Shown here piece by piece: positions 39,565 through 50,346 of a stretch of 64,000 nt of DNA. A model generated the notes under the pieces. The model searched no databases and was not told where the DNA came from. It saw nothing but the letters and a program-made list of their open reading frames with translations. The translations under genes and the position numbers were made by a program. Position 1 is the first letter of the stretch, and every line of letters starts with the position of its first letter. Source of the DNA: a virus; the IMG/VR virus record IMGVR_UViG_3300022602_000039, positions 66,034-130,033 of that record, one strand, 5' to 3'.

Positions 39565-40148
39565 TAACTAATGACTTTTGTAGTAGCAAGAAAGATATCC
39601 TCTACCATTGCATAAAATAGCTCAATAACATCTTTCATGAATTGCTCGGCTTCTGTATTGCCAAGCTTAGTGGAGTAAGCAAATGCTGGTGCTCTTTTAC
39701 CAGCCTCAATATTAATACCAGTATGACCCAGGGCGACGTTATTCTTTGAATACGTAATGCTCACACTACATTTACCTTTCATCTGAGTAACACCACCCTG
39801 GGTGTGTTCCTTATGGACAATAAGATCATCACCATCGACCTCGATAGGTGCTCTAAGGTATTTTGCACTTAGAATATTAGCAATCTGTGTATTCAATAAA
39901 CGCTGGAACGATACAGCGCCAAAAGGATCGAGATTTGGGATCTCCCAACAGAAATTAATTGCATCGTCGCTATAGATGTAATCGGCATTAAGAATGTCCT
40001 CGTTATCAATCATGCCTTCAGCTTCTACCTTCATAGGAGCTCTAAATGCTACAATGTTACCGATCGGTAATGTATTCTTGCGAAAATGTTTATAAGCAAA
40101 GCGGGAGTGAATGAGATCACCGTCATAGATAGGCACATTAATAATCAT
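39564..40148 (-). CDS. DUF366 family protein
   Basis: YDG..IHSRFAY...IVAFR.P...MID.ED...IYSDD...FQRL...GDDL...KCSVSI...HTGINI. Confidence 0.75.
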   Translation of the reverse strand: MIINVPIYDGDLIHSRFAYKHFRKNTLPIGNIVAFRAPMKVEAEGMIDNEDILNADYIYSDDAINFCWEIPNLDPFGAVSFQRLLNTQIANILSAKYLRAPIEVDGDDLIVHKEHTQGGVTQMKGKCSVSITYSKNNVALGHTGINIEAGKRAPAFAYSTKLGNTEAEQFMKDVIELFYAMVEDIFLATTKVIS

Positions 40149-40181
40149 ATTACATATAATATAACATCAATAATTTAAGAT

Positions 40182-41276
40182 TCAAGCATTATTAAGTATG
40201 TTTCTGCTTAGAGTTAATAATTTTTGTATCTCTTCCTTAATATGATATTTTGTACATGCATAGTCATAACATGCTTTTGTATTAAAGTTGTACTGTGTTA
40301 TTGCAGATGCGAGTTCATCGATATTATTTGAGCAAAACCCTACTGCCGGATATTCTACAAGCTCCTGTACAGCACCATATGTTGAGCCTATTACGGGTGT
40401 TCCTTTTGATAGTGCTTCTATATTTGTTCTACCAAATGCTTCAGATGTTTTTGTAAGCATTGCAAAAAGTTTAGCGTTTTTGAATGCATCAATGTGTTCT
40501 TTACCTCGATGAAGGGCTCCTTTAAATTCAAAATTAGATATTGTTTTAGATAAATTAGTAAGCTCATATGCTAGGCTATCATCACCGGATCCATAAGCTA
40601 TAAATTGCTCGGTAGGTAACCTCTTTGCTAATTCAATAAAGACATCAAGGCCTTTACCTTCATATCCCCATCCTAAACCTGCTACCCACAAGATATAATC
40701 TTGTTTATTTTCCTGAAAATCAAATTCTGAATCATCTAGGCCTACATGAAACCACGTACTACGCTCTTTTACACTAGCTATTGTATAATTGCTTGCAGCA
40801 TCTTTAAACGTTAAATCATATATAAATTTTGAAATAAATCTATACGTTATATTATGGTGTGCTATAAATTTATGGTTTTCCCAGGGGCCAGAATCTTGCA
40901 TTGTTGTTATAACAGGAATATTAAGATCTTTTAAAATGAGTGCAGACCAATGTCCAACAGACCAAATTATATCAGGCTTTATATCAGAAGCCTTAATAAT
41001 GTCCATAGCAGCTGCAGCAAAATTTGTAGGGTATATATTTGATATATTCATAGGAATATATTCGGTTTCAATTATATTAAACCCGTATGTGTTGGTTAAT
41101 TCTCTTTGCTCTGAGATCTTAGGAACAATAACAGTAAACGATACAGTATCTCTAAAATGTCTGTGTAGGCCTTTGCATAAATTTTCTATGGAAGCTTCGA
41201 TACCGCCATACCCGGTGTTTGGAAACTGCTGATAATTACAGCTACCAATAATACATACTTTGAGTTTATCGTTCAT
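40182..41276 (-). CDS. Glycosyltransferase, GT-B (GT4-like)
   Basis: GYGGIE; KGLD; EAFGRTNIEALSKGTPVI. Confidence 0.85.
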   Translation of the reverse strand: MNDKLKVCIIGSCNYQQFPNTGYGGIEASIENLCKGLHRHFRDTVSFTVIVPKISEQRELTNTYGFNIIETEYIPMNISNIYPTNFAAAAMDIIKASDIKPDIIWSVGHWSALILKDLNIPVITTMQDSGPWENHKFIAHHNITYRFISKFIYDLTFKDAASNYTIASVKERSTWFHVGLDDSEFDFQENKQDYILWVAGLGWGYEGKGLDVFIELAKRLPTEQFIAYGSGDDSLAYELTNLSKTISNFEFKGALHRGKEHIDAFKNAKLFAMLTKTSEAFGRTNIEALSKGTPVIGSTYGAVQELVEYPAVGFCSNNIDELASAITQYNFNTKACYDYACTKYHIKEEIQKLLTLSRNILNNA

Positions 41277-42060
41277 ATCTATTGATGATGTTATTCCAGT
41301 AATTTATAGATAGCATATCAGAGCCATCAGAAGGCAGATGATAATTATCTAAAAGCTCTTGAGTCAGGTCATTAAAATCATCAACTTGAATAATTGGGAG
41401 TTTCCAATCATTATATATGTAATTTTTTATTACAATCGGTATGCAACCTACATATAATGCTTCCCACGTACGGTGACAATCAATACCGTTACCCGGTGGT
41501 GATATTACAAATTTATGTTGTGACATTTTAGTAATATATTCATTAAACGGTACATTAGTATCGTGTGTAAATTTTATTTCTTTGTCTTTAAGAGTTGATA
41601 TAATATTATTTCTAGATATATTTGTATTATTCCAATTGCAATATATATTACCTATCTTAGGTATTGACCTCAATGTGTTAATATTTTCCGCAAACCAGTT
41701 AGTCATATATTGCGGTTCATAATAAGGATCAGCATGCGTTTTAACTCCGAGAGGTAGTGCAATTAAATCGGTATGTACAACTGTTGGATTAATAGCATAC
41801 CATTTTTTAATACAACTTGGTTTCTTATTCCATCGCTCAGCGTCAATTGGATAATCACTATGATGTGTTACTAAAATATATTCATTATTTGAATGTTTAA
41901 TTTGATCAAACAAGTAATCAATAAAATCTGTTTTGCAAAAGATAGTAGCATTACGTGCTAGCAAATCCGGTGTTACGTACTTACCGTACGGTGGTATTAC
42001 AGAAAAATGACAAATGCTTTCATAATTATATGCATTTAAAACATTTTTTATGTTGTACAC
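41266..42060 (-). CDS. Exostosin/GT47-like glycosyltransferase
   Basis: KFVISPPGNGIDCHRTWEALYVGCIPIV. Confidence 0.75.
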   Translation of the reverse strand: MYNIKNVLNAYNYESICHFSVIPPYGKYVTPDLLARNATIFCKTDFIDYLFDQIKHSNNEYILVTHHSDYPIDAERWNKKPSCIKKWYAINPTVVHTDLIALPLGVKTHADPYYEPQYMTNWFAENINTLRSIPKIGNIYCNWNNTNISRNNIISTLKDKEIKFTHDTNVPFNEYITKMSQHKFVISPPGNGIDCHRTWEALYVGCIPIVIKNYIYNDWKLPIIQVDDFNDLTQELLDNYHLPSDGSDMLSINYWNNIINRYER

Positions 42061-42064
42061 GACA

Positions 42065-42628
42065 TTATTCGAGTACTACTAATCCAGTACCGCTCCAGTG
42101 ACCAAGATGTGTTAGATCATATTTTGGTTCATTAATTTTATTCCAAAAATCTTTCATTGGATCATTTAAGTGTATATCATCTAATAGAAGTAATCCCTTA
42201 TAGTTTATACTTAAAAGATGATTATAGAAAATATTTTCATATGACCCATCGTGATCTACATCGAGAAAGATTATTGGTGATGTAATAAGATCAGAGTCTT
42301 GTGTTGAATCACCAAGATAGTACTCAACATTTTCAAGTACAGGATTTTGTGGTAATATTTTTATAATATCGTATGATTTAACTCTATTGGTTTTATTATA
42401 CGCTAGCGATATTGCTGAGCGACACTCGTTTGTACCAATATCAAATATAATTTGGTTGTCTATAAATGTCGATATCATCATAAGCAGTTTGTAATGCTCA
42501 CGACCGCTATGTGTTCTTAAATGATAGTACGACGAATCAAAATTAATAAGCTCATCAATATAAGATGTATCTAAATTATCTATATCGCTATTTTTTAGAT
42601 TAGTTATTTTTTCAATTAATGTATTCAT
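42065..42628 (-). CDS. Class I SAM methyltransferase-like protein
   Basis: IFDIGT, IFLDVDH, LLLDDI; start placed at MNTLIEK, overlapping the upstream stop. Confidence 0.65.
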   Translation of the reverse strand: MNTLIEKITNLKNSDIDNLDTSYIDELINFDSSYYHLRTHSGREHYKLLMMISTFIDNQIIFDIGTNECRSAISLAYNKTNRVKSYDIIKILPQNPVLENVEYYLGDSTQDSDLITSPIIFLDVDHDGSYENIFYNHLLSINYKGLLLLDDIHLNDPMKDFWNKINEPKYDLTHLGHWSGTGLVVLE

Positions 42629-43386
42629 ATTGTTGTAATTCCTGTACCGTTCATGTTCATGTGTTGATGTGAGTATGCATCCCATTCGTGAATGACGTTC
42701 ATTTGCTTCAATGGTAGATTACACGACGTCAAATAAAATCCCCACATTCTTTCAACTAAACCACATAACCGATGTGGACAATGATTCATAATACCCCATC
42801 TATTAGATTTTAATATATCTTCAATATCCTCATGATAGGTATAAAGAAAATTTGCAAATTTATTAAACACAGCAATCGGTGTCACACTTAACGCTTCGCT
42901 TATCCACGTACCACCCCAAATACGGTTGCTATCAATAACCATATCTAAGCGCTCACTCATAAACTTGCATATTTCATCAACTTCATTTCTTAAAAATGAT
43001 AATTGTTCATATGTTCTCATTTTTTGATAAAAAATTATATTAGGATCTTCTTCAAGCTCAAGTCGCATATCATTAATAGCATTTGAGTTAAATTTAACAT
43101 CATAATGCATAATGCCAACATGTGTAGTGTTTTGTAGTAGTTCTGGGTTTTTTAATAAATGAACCATACTACCATATTCATAATATTGCTTTGATTGATA
43201 GCTATAATCATTCCACGGAAGTTCCCATTCATTAATTGTTTGTTTTATCTGCTGCGTAATATCCTTTGCTATCTTCTTTTGTACACAGTAGCATGTAATA
43301 GCATTTAATTCATCATAATCCAATTCGTTAACGACTCTATCAAGAAGACGGTCGTATGTTACAAGGAATATATTAATATTAACCAT
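42625..43386 (-). CDS. Hypothetical protein, probably glycosyltransferase-related
   Basis: YYEYG...HYD...LVERMWG; inside the GT operon. Confidence 0.5.
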   Translation of the reverse strand: MVNINIFLVTYDRLLDRVVNELDYDELNAITCYCVQKKIAKDITQQIKQTINEWELPWNDYSYQSKQYYEYGSMVHLLKNPELLQNTTHVGIMHYDVKFNSNAINDMRLELEEDPNIIFYQKMRTYEQLSFLRNEVDEICKFMSERLDMVIDSNRIWGGTWISEALSVTPIAVFNKFANFLYTYHEDIEDILKSNRWGIMNHCPHRLCGLVERMWGFYLTSCNLPLKQMNVIHEWDAYSHQHMNMNGTGITTI

Positions 43387-43387
43387 A

Positions 43388-43927
43388 TTAACGTAAGACT
43401 TGTATGACGAACGTAGGGCATCCATCGCGTGTTAATGCAACAATACGCTGGCCGTAGCTACGACAGAAATAATCAACTGCTGCAGCAATTTGCGTATTTA
43501 AAATATAATCATGCCCAGCTAAAATACCGCCAACTTTTATTTTCTGAAAAGATAACTTAAGATCTGATAAAACAGCTTCATAAGAATGGTCTGCGTCAAC
43601 ATATATCATGTCGAGACTATTATCCTCCTGAGCTTCTAAGAACGCTGTACTAGTACTACGTATAATTTTAACATTTGTTGTATTGTTATATTTTTCTACA
43701 AGGCCGTTGTATACAGCCTCCATATCATTAACAGTAATATGATTATTACCGTCTTTATCCCCTGATCCGTAACTACCTTCCCAAATATCTACAAGAGTGA
43801 GCTGATTCGGTGACATTCGATTATATAATTCTTCTGCAAATTCGCCTTTAAAGACACCAAGCTCAACAATATTGAGATTCTTAGGAAGCGCTTCAATTAA
43901 ATCATTTCGTGTTTCAAATATTTTCAT
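43388..43927 (-). CDS. Class I SAM methyltransferase (Methyltransf_24-like)
   Basis: VELGVFKG, VDIW, YVDADHSY, GGILAGHDY. Confidence 0.85.
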   Translation of the reverse strand: MKIFETRNDLIEALPKNLNIVELGVFKGEFAEELYNRMSPNQLTLVDIWEGSYGSGDKDGNNHITVNDMEAVYNGLVEKYNNTTNVKIIRSTSTAFLEAQEDNSLDMIYVDADHSYEAVLSDLKLSFQKIKVGGILAGHDYILNTQIAAAVDYFCRSYGQRIVALTRDGCPTFVIQVLR

Positions 43928-43929
43928 AA

Positions 43930-44877
43930 TTAATTTTTAATAAAGACCTTGTTAAATTTTTGTATTACTTTTTCAGGTAAGAATTCATTTAATGTAGGGT
44001 ATGATATATTATATGAGCTAAAATTCATAATTATACTATAAAGTTCATCTTCATCTTTATAATATAAACCATCTGCACCTAATAAACTGTAGTGGTTTTT
44101 CTCTTCAGATTGACTGTATGTAATTACAGGTTTATTTTTGCTCATGAATTCGAGTACTGTAAGACCAAACGTTTCACCGCGCATACGTGCATGCAATAAT
44201 GCGTCACATGTATTAATAAACATTACTTTATTCATTAATGACGCTGTTCCGTTTGTAAAAATAACTCTCGGATGATCAATAAACTTGTATGTATTACAGA
44301 AAATAAAATATATGTTTGGATTTGTATTTATAACGTTATTAATAACATTTGCAGCAAACGGTATATCAAACGTCTCTAAACCACCGTACCTACCAAATAC
44401 AATTGCATCCTTTGGTATATTTAACGCTGTACGATAATTGTCATCTGTAATAGGTAGGTTAACCATATGCGGTACATACGGTAATGACCCGTTGCTACAA
44501 TGATTGCTTAGCCATTCAGAAACATATGCATATACATCACCATGTTTTTCAGCTATACTACATGGAAACACAGCATGCACCGCTGTCTTAACTCCCTTAG
44601 GTAATCTACCGTCATTATCGCCTGCCTTTATTGTATAAAATAAATCTACTTGTTCTTGTTTAACAATGGTATCTAAATCGCTAAAATTATTATATGGCAG
44701 TAATTCAAACTCAGCTTTAAATTTTTTAATTACAGATAATTCGTTTTTATGGTCTGTGTTGTTATAAGATATACAACAATTATAATTAAAATTTTTCTTT
44801 AGAAAAAAAGCATAATCATAAAGTGCAACAGTTGTACCTCGTAAGCCAAGAAAATTATCGTGAAGAATTATCTTCAT
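43930..44877 (-). CDS. Glycosyltransferase, GT-B
   Basis: RGTTVALYDYA; GRYGG; HAR..GETFGL...EF...KPVI. Confidence 0.8.
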   Translation of the reverse strand: MKIILHDNFLGLRGTTVALYDYAFFLKKNFNYNCCISYNNTDHKNELSVIKKFKAEFELLPYNNFSDLDTIVKQEQVDLFYTIKAGDNDGRLPKGVKTAVHAVFPCSIAEKHGDVYAYVSEWLSNHCSNGSLPYVPHMVNLPITDDNYRTALNIPKDAIVFGRYGGLETFDIPFAANVINNVINTNPNIYFIFCNTYKFIDHPRVIFTNGTASLMNKVMFINTCDALLHARMRGETFGLTVLEFMSKNKPVITYSQSEEKNHYSLLGADGLYYKDEDELYSIIMNFSSYNISYPTLNEFLPEKVIQKFNKVFIKN

Positions 44878-45716
44878 AATGAATTTATAAACTTAAGCAA
44901 ACTGCTTGCGCGTTTCTTAAACGTATGCTTTGTTACTGCAAAATTATACCCTGCAGTTGCAACTGTCTCAACCAACGCGTTGTCTTGTTCAAGTGTACGA
45001 ACAATATCAACGGCATCCTCTACTGAATCATAAATAAAACAATTTTCACCATCTTTAAATCCTAATTCTTCATATTGATCATTTTCATCAGTTAACAAGA
45101 CTGTCTTGCATCCCATTGTTTCGAAGTTACGATAATTTACATCATTGGATATATTTTTATTAAGTTGAATTTTATATGAATTAATAGCATCAATCATATG
45201 CTGACCTCGTACATCAATATCTAAATGTAACGGAATAAACGTACTAATAAACGAAAAGAACGGCATACGATTAACATAATTGCCACAGAATCCAACTAGG
45301 TATTTCTTTTCAGTATTATTTGGTTTAATAAAGTCATCATCGTAACAATTTGGAAACCATAAACTTTCGTTATCACAGAAATGCTTTGTAGCTTGTAATG
45401 TGTAGTTGTATTTACCTTCAGTAAAAACATTGCGATAGTAATCATATCCACGAACATGACTATCAATTGCCCATAAAAACTTTACTGGCTTATTAAAATT
45501 TGCTAAATTAGGCATCCATCCTGTGTCATAATTTTCAAGATTAATAATAACATCATACGTATTGTAATCAGGTACTGTTTCAAAGTTATCATGGCCTAAT
45601 CCCCAAACATCACACTCTACACCGTTGTAAATAAGTGCCCGTTGCATGCTATTGCACTCACGTAAATGCTTACTTACTTCGTGTCTTCCGTTTTCTTGTA
45701 TAATTAAAATCTTCAT
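44874..45716 (-). CDS. Glycosyltransferase (CgeB/Glyco_trans_1_2-like)
   Basis: VGFCG..R; LN......NYRNFE..GC...LLTD; HTF..R. Confidence 0.75.
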   Translation of the reverse strand: MKILIIQENGRHEVSKHLRECNSMQRALIYNGVECDVWGLGHDNFETVPDYNTYDVIINLENYDTGWMPNLANFNKPVKFLWAIDSHVRGYDYYRNVFTEGKYNYTLQATKHFCDNESLWFPNCYDDDFIKPNNTEKKYLVGFCGNYVNRMPFFSFISTFIPLHLDIDVRGQHMIDAINSYKIQLNKNISNDVNYRNFETMGCKTVLLTDENDQYEELGFKDGENCFIYDSVEDAVDIVRTLEQDNALVETVATAGYNFAVTKHTFKKRASSLLKFINSL

Positions 45717-46441
45717 TAAAATACTCCTCTATGATGCCAGAATAGCTGCGGATATGGGCGTTGCAAGTGATTACCCCACTCAGATGGTTCTGGATACAAC
45801 TTTATTTTATGTTTAATAGCCATCAATGATAAAATTGATTGATCATGTCTGTGATCTTTAAATTCAGGTAAATTATCTTTAGTTATATTTGGTAGATCAG
45901 TGATTATGTTTTCGTTTTCACAATACTGCATATATTCTTCAATAAATTGATTGGTGTATTCATTCTTTTTATAGAATTGATATGATCCATCTACTTGCGG
46001 TGTATCATAATACTGATCCCCATCAAGATCCATTAATACAAATGTATCTCTTTTCGTCCAAAGTCTATTTGTATGTACCTGCCCATAAGGATTACCATCT
46101 CTGTTATCAAACAATATAATGTCGCGTGTTTGACATTCATTAAAGATATAATTCAAATTATTAACAATCGTGTTACCGCTATCAATATATGCAATAATAT
46201 CACCATCATTAGCAATATCAAACGTTTGTTTTAATATTGCAGCTTTCCACATCCAGTAGCCATACCCGCGGGTATTATTATTAAGAATTTCTTGATGACG
46301 AGCAACAAAGCTTGGGTCAAGATTATTTGAGTTATAAGAGATGTAATGTGTAAATCCGTTTCTGATAGCACTTTCATTTAGAGCGCATTGTGACCTTAAC
46401 CATTTATCGCTAGTAGCAAAAGATATAAGAATTTTATTCAT
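45716..46441 (-). CDS. Putative glycosyltransferase (GT-A type)
   Basis: RGYGYWMWK, YIDSG, HRHDQSILS. Confidence 0.6.
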   Translation of the reverse strand: MNKILISFATSDKWLRSQCALNESAIRNGFTHYISYNSNNLDPSFVARHQEILNNNTRGYGYWMWKAAILKQTFDIANDGDIIAYIDSGNTIVNNLNYIFNECQTRDIILFDNRDGNPYGQVHTNRLWTKRDTFVLMDLDGDQYYDTPQVDGSYQFYKKNEYTNQFIEEYMQYCENENIITDLPNITKDNLPEFKDHRHDQSILSLMAIKHKIKLYPEPSEWGNHLQRPYPQLFWHHRGVF

Positions 46442-47106
46442 TGAAAATTATTTTTACTTCTTTCTTGAAAAGTAATTCTATCGACACTCTCAAGCTTATC
46501 ATTGCGTATATACAATTCATCAGGTTGTTCATTAACAATACTGTATTGTACATGTTTTATTAATATTTCATCAAAATATTGTACCTTGTTAAGCGCTTTT
46601 GATACGAGTGTAAATTCGGTATCACAATATAATGATTGATACGCAGGGTGGTAGATGTAATTAAAGCGCTCGTAATATTTTTTACCAATAATTACTAGAG
46701 TATTAAGCTTGTCTCCCTGAAAGCCATCATTGTACCATAAAACACCATCGGTATCTGGAAAATATTCATTCATTTTGCTCTTTATATTGACATCGTAACC
46801 TGGTAATACAGGCTCCATATCATCTGATGCTAGTAATAGAATATCAAAGTCAGTATTACTGTCAATATCAGCATTAACTGCTTCAATTTTTGATTTACTG
46901 TGACCAAAGTAGTATTTTAAATTTGGATAGCTGTCAAGTTTTGTACGCACATCATCATTGTTCATTGTTAGATCGTCATAATCACATGAAACAATAAACA
47001 TAAAATTCATATCACGCAAGTACAAATAGTACTTGTCAAGCATTTGAAAAAATTTATCCGGTCTATTTCTAGTTGGAAATTTTATTAGCAGTTTTAAATT
47101 TTTCAT
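46438..47106 (-). CDS. Glycosyltransferase family 2-like
   Basis: KFPTRNRP, SKIEAVN, LASDDM, YCDTE. Confidence 0.7.
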   Translation of the reverse strand: MKNLKLLIKFPTRNRPDKFFQMLDKYYLYLRDMNFMFIVSCDYDDLTMNNDDVRTKLDSYPNLKYYFGHSKSKIEAVNADIDSNTDFDILLLASDDMEPVLPGYDVNIKSKMNEYFPDTDGVLWYNDGFQGDKLNTLVIIGKKYYERFNYIYHPAYQSLYCDTEFTLVSKALNKVQYFDEILIKHVQYSIVNEQPDELYIRNDKLESVDRITFQERSKNNFQ

Positions 47107-47818
47107 ACTCTTGGTTTCTACCTTGTGTATCATGACTATCTAATGCTTGATGTTTCAAGCAATGCGGATTAATAAATCCAAAGTTTTTCCTTCTATAAAA
47201 ACAATATACAGATAAGAATCTTTCCAAGTTATGACCCGACATACGATCGTTGTTTAAGAACAAAAGAAAATTCTTAGTAAACTCATCATTAAAAAATTCG
47301 GCTACAAATTCTCGCTTGAATGCCATGTTATTTGTTGCCATCCAGTGTTTATCCTTTGCAGGTAATCCTGTTATATTATTTTGTACAAGATATTGTACTA
47401 CTAAGGAGTTAAAAATACTACCATCTAAGAAGCATGATGTTGTTTCAAACGCATCAGTACCGTATACATTTTTATCTTCTAAAAAGATATTTTGTATCAT
47501 TGTATCAATTGCATCCTTATCGGTAAAATTTGTATCATACTCTAAGAAAAATACATAATCATATTTTGCTGGTATAATATCATTATGAGCTGCAGCATAC
47601 CATGCTGTATAAGCAAGATAATTCTTATGGTCTTCTATATTGTTAGCGAGTCTATCACATTGAATAATCTTATCTGATGTATAATCATTACTATGTTTAC
47701 CAACAAGAAGATAGTTATAGTGTTTTAGATGACTATACTTACCATCTTGTTCAAATCTGTTAATTATCTCCGGATCGTGTACTACGATTGAAAATAATAT
47801 TCTATCATTATATTGCAT
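47069..47818 (-). CDS. Hypothetical protein, probably glycosyltransferase-related
   Basis: YTAWY...FLEYD...HNLERF; inside the GT operon. Confidence 0.5.
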   Translation of the reverse strand: MQYNDRILFSIVVHDPEIINRFEQDGKYSHLKHYNYLLVGKHSNDYTSDKIIQCDRLANNIEDHKNYLAYTAWYAAAHNDIIPAKYDYVFFLEYDTNFTDKDAIDTMIQNIFLEDKNVYGTDAFETTSCFLDGSIFNSLVVQYLVQNNITGLPAKDKHWMATNNMAFKREFVAEFFNDEFTKNFLLFLNNDRMSGHNLERFLSVYCFYRRKNFGFINPHCLKHQALDSHDTQGRNQEYEKFKTANKISN

Positions 47819-48539
47819 TTATTTTTATATCCTTATAGGTTGAAATTTCTAGCTGATACATTCTTTCAATAAATTTACCGTACTTGTATAATTCGGCATT
47901 ATTGTGAGTGGCAGTTGTATCTACGTCAATATTACCGTCAGCACTACCATATTTCAACGTACGCCATGACATACCTTCATAATGTTTATAATATAAGTCC
48001 TGCAATACAACATTACCGATTCTTAATTTTGCTTTGCGTACATCTTCAAAAAAACTTGCGCCAACATCGTAAATCTTACTACCATCGCGCTTTATCTGCC
48101 TGTCATAGTCATAAAATTTAATGTTATTATCTTTAATATGCTTAACGTTAATGAAGCAATGCCATGGATGTACTCTATTATAGAGTGCTTTACCTCCCCT
48201 ATCACCGCATACCTCACCCATTAGTGTAAGATCCATTTGCTGAACTTCATCAAGCTTATCTTGATGGTTTTTTAAGAAGATAATATCAGTATCAACAAGT
48301 AGCATATAGTCAGTTTTACAATTCTCTATAAGAAGATCGACTGATGGAGAGTGTAATCCTCCTTGATTGCGAATAAATGGTACATTGTTATCTGTTAATA
48401 GCTTAACGGTATCTTCATTTGTTGAATTTTCACAAATTAATACATTTGTTGTATCGTGATGCTTAAAAAACGATCTAAGCATTGTAATCGTTACATCAGG
48501 TGTATTATATGAACACGAGGCGAGGGTTATGTTTTTCAT
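47808..48539 (-). CDS. Glycosyltransferase family 2-like
   Basis: SYNTP, ICENS, LLVDTD (DxD). Confidence 0.7.
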   Translation of the reverse strand: MKNITLASCSYNTPDVTITMLRSFFKHHDTTNVLICENSTNEDTVKLLTDNNVPFIRNQGGLHSPSVDLLIENCKTDYMLLVDTDIIFLKNHQDKLDEVQQMDLTLMGEVCGDRGGKALYNRVHPWHCFINVKHIKDNNIKFYDYDRQIKRDGSKIYDVGASFFEDVRKAKLRIGNVVLQDLYYKHYEGMSWRTLKYGSADGNIDVDTTATHNNAELYKYGKFIERMYQLEISTYKDIKINAI

Positions 48540-49381
48540 TTCTGTTTTAATTTCTTTAAAATTGTAATGACATCTTCTTGTCTTGTATCAGATGCTTGAG
48601 CAGGATAGTGACCGTGTTTTACTCTATACTTTTCTGCATTTAATTGCACATTCTTCATCCATGCATCTGTATTTTTAGATGTAGTACTATTATTAATAGC
48701 GTCTGCTTGAGGTGTAATCAATTTGTGGCTATTTGCTAGATCTGCAAACCACCAAAACGGTGGGTGGTAGCCTGCTTTAATAATATTGTATGTGTGATCA
48801 ACATGCTCCCAGGCATTTGTATAATTTTCATCAATATAACCAACTTTATCTAAAACTTCCCTTGTAAAGAAGGAGAACGTTCCAGTACAATGTTGATATA
48901 ACGCTATTTGACAATCTTTGTAATCGATTATAACTCTAGGGTTAGGTTCTGATTCCTCGTCTAGTAAATGCCTGTTATGAAGATCAAAGTTTCTTATTGT
49001 TTGCTTGCGATTAAATGGTGATCCAGGTCCAAAGTTAAAATGATGTATACCGGATTTAATACTCGCGTTAATATACTGTTTAAACACTGTTTGATCAAGG
49101 ATTAACATATCGTCCTCAATGAGGAATATGTAATCACAGTCTTTCTCTACCAAATAACGCAAAGCTTTGTTTTTTGATTTACCAACACCGAGATTTGTAC
49201 TGTTGTTAATATGTGCAACATGGCTTATATCAATTTCTGTTATCTCTTTCCCATCATTTATTATGATTAATTCATCAAGATCATTACTTTGAGATAATGT
49301 ATCTAAAAGAGCCTTTAGATACTGAGGACGATTACAAGTAATAATTCCAAGTCCAATTTTAGTATCCATAGTTGTATTCAT
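48536..49381 (-). CDS. Glycosyltransferase family 2
   Basis: IITCNR, IINDG, NLGVGKSKN, LIEDD, VGYIDE...EHVD. Confidence 0.85.
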   Translation of the reverse strand: MNTTMDTKIGLGIITCNRPQYLKALLDTLSQSNDLDELIIINDGKEITEIDISHVAHINNSTNLGVGKSKNKALRYLVEKDCDYIFLIEDDMLILDQTVFKQYINASIKSGIHHFNFGPGSPFNRKQTIRNFDLHNRHLLDEESEPNPRVIIDYKDCQIALYQHCTGTFSFFTREVLDKVGYIDENYTNAWEHVDHTYNIIKAGYHPPFWWFADLANSHKLITPQADAINNSTTSKNTDAWMKNVQLNAEKYRVKHGHYPAQASDTRQEDVITILKKLKQK

Positions 49382-49404
49382 GTATTTTAACATAAATATT
49401 CTAA

Positions 49405-50346
49405 ATGGCAATTACACCAACCAATAGTAATACAGTCAGTATATTAACTCTTCCATCAGCACAACTCGCTGTAGGATCAGATCTTTTAGTACTTCAGACA
49501 ACGAATGGTACCCAAACTATTACGTTTGATAAGTTTAACGTTGTAAAGACTGATGTAACGGGTAGTGCTACTGTTACCAATAATCTCTCTGTAACAAATA
49601 CGGGTATTTTTAATAGTATAGTTGTCAATAATCTTTCTGCGGCGAGTGTATATACAGCAGCAGGTCCAGGTACAACATTACCTAGTGGTTTTTATAATCA
49701 ATTTACAATTCATAATGGCATTATTCTTAGTGCTGCGTCAAATATACAAAATGACCCTACTTATAATCAACTTTATAATGTTGATATACCAAACCTAATA
49801 AAAGGTTTAATAAACAACTCAGGTCTTACACCTGTTATTGAAAGAAGTGGTAATGTTTTAATTCCAACTGGTTTAACATCTTATCAAGTAACGCTTGATA
49901 AGTTTTTTGCAAGCACACCAAACAATTTAATTGCTGCAGGTAATATTACACCTGCTCACATAACACTAGCTACTGACTTTATCCCTACAACAGGTACATC
50001 AAGTATCTTCAACTTAACATCATTGCAAAGCTTAACAGCTCTTGTAGCACTATCAGGTGTTAATAGTGGTTATCTTGCGTCAATTGGTGGTACTACAGGT
50101 TTATCAACGTTAATGAGTTCATTAACAAGTCCAGCTGCAATTAGTTTACTTACTGGTAATAATACTGCTACAATTCCAAGCTTTGTACAAGCAGCTGTAG
50201 TACCAACATCAATTACATCTACAAGAAGTTCAGATGGGACAGGTACAGCACTAACATTTACGGTTAGTATAGGTGTACCTCAGACAGTACCTGTTACTGT
50301 ATACTGGAGACTTGCAGTTATTGTACCGCTACAACAAAACGCTTAA
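49405..50346 (+). CDS. Putative virion protein
   Basis: Ser/Thr-rich 313 aa; TAAATA 6 nt before ATG. Confidence 0.55.
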   Translation: MAITPTNSNTVSILTLPSAQLAVGSDLLVLQTTNGTQTITFDKFNVVKTDVTGSATVTNNLSVTNTGIFNSIVVNNLSAASVYTAAGPGTTLPSGFYNQFTIHNGIILSAASNIQNDPTYNQLYNVDIPNLIKGLINNSGLTPVIERSGNVLIPTGLTSYQVTLDKFFASTPNNLIAAGNITPAHITLATDFIPTTGTSSIFNLTSLQSLTALVALSGVNSGYLASIGGTTGLSTLMSSLTSPAAISLLTGNNTATIPSFVQAAVVPTSITSTRSSDGTGTALTFTVSIGVPQTVPVTVYWRLAVIVPLQQNA

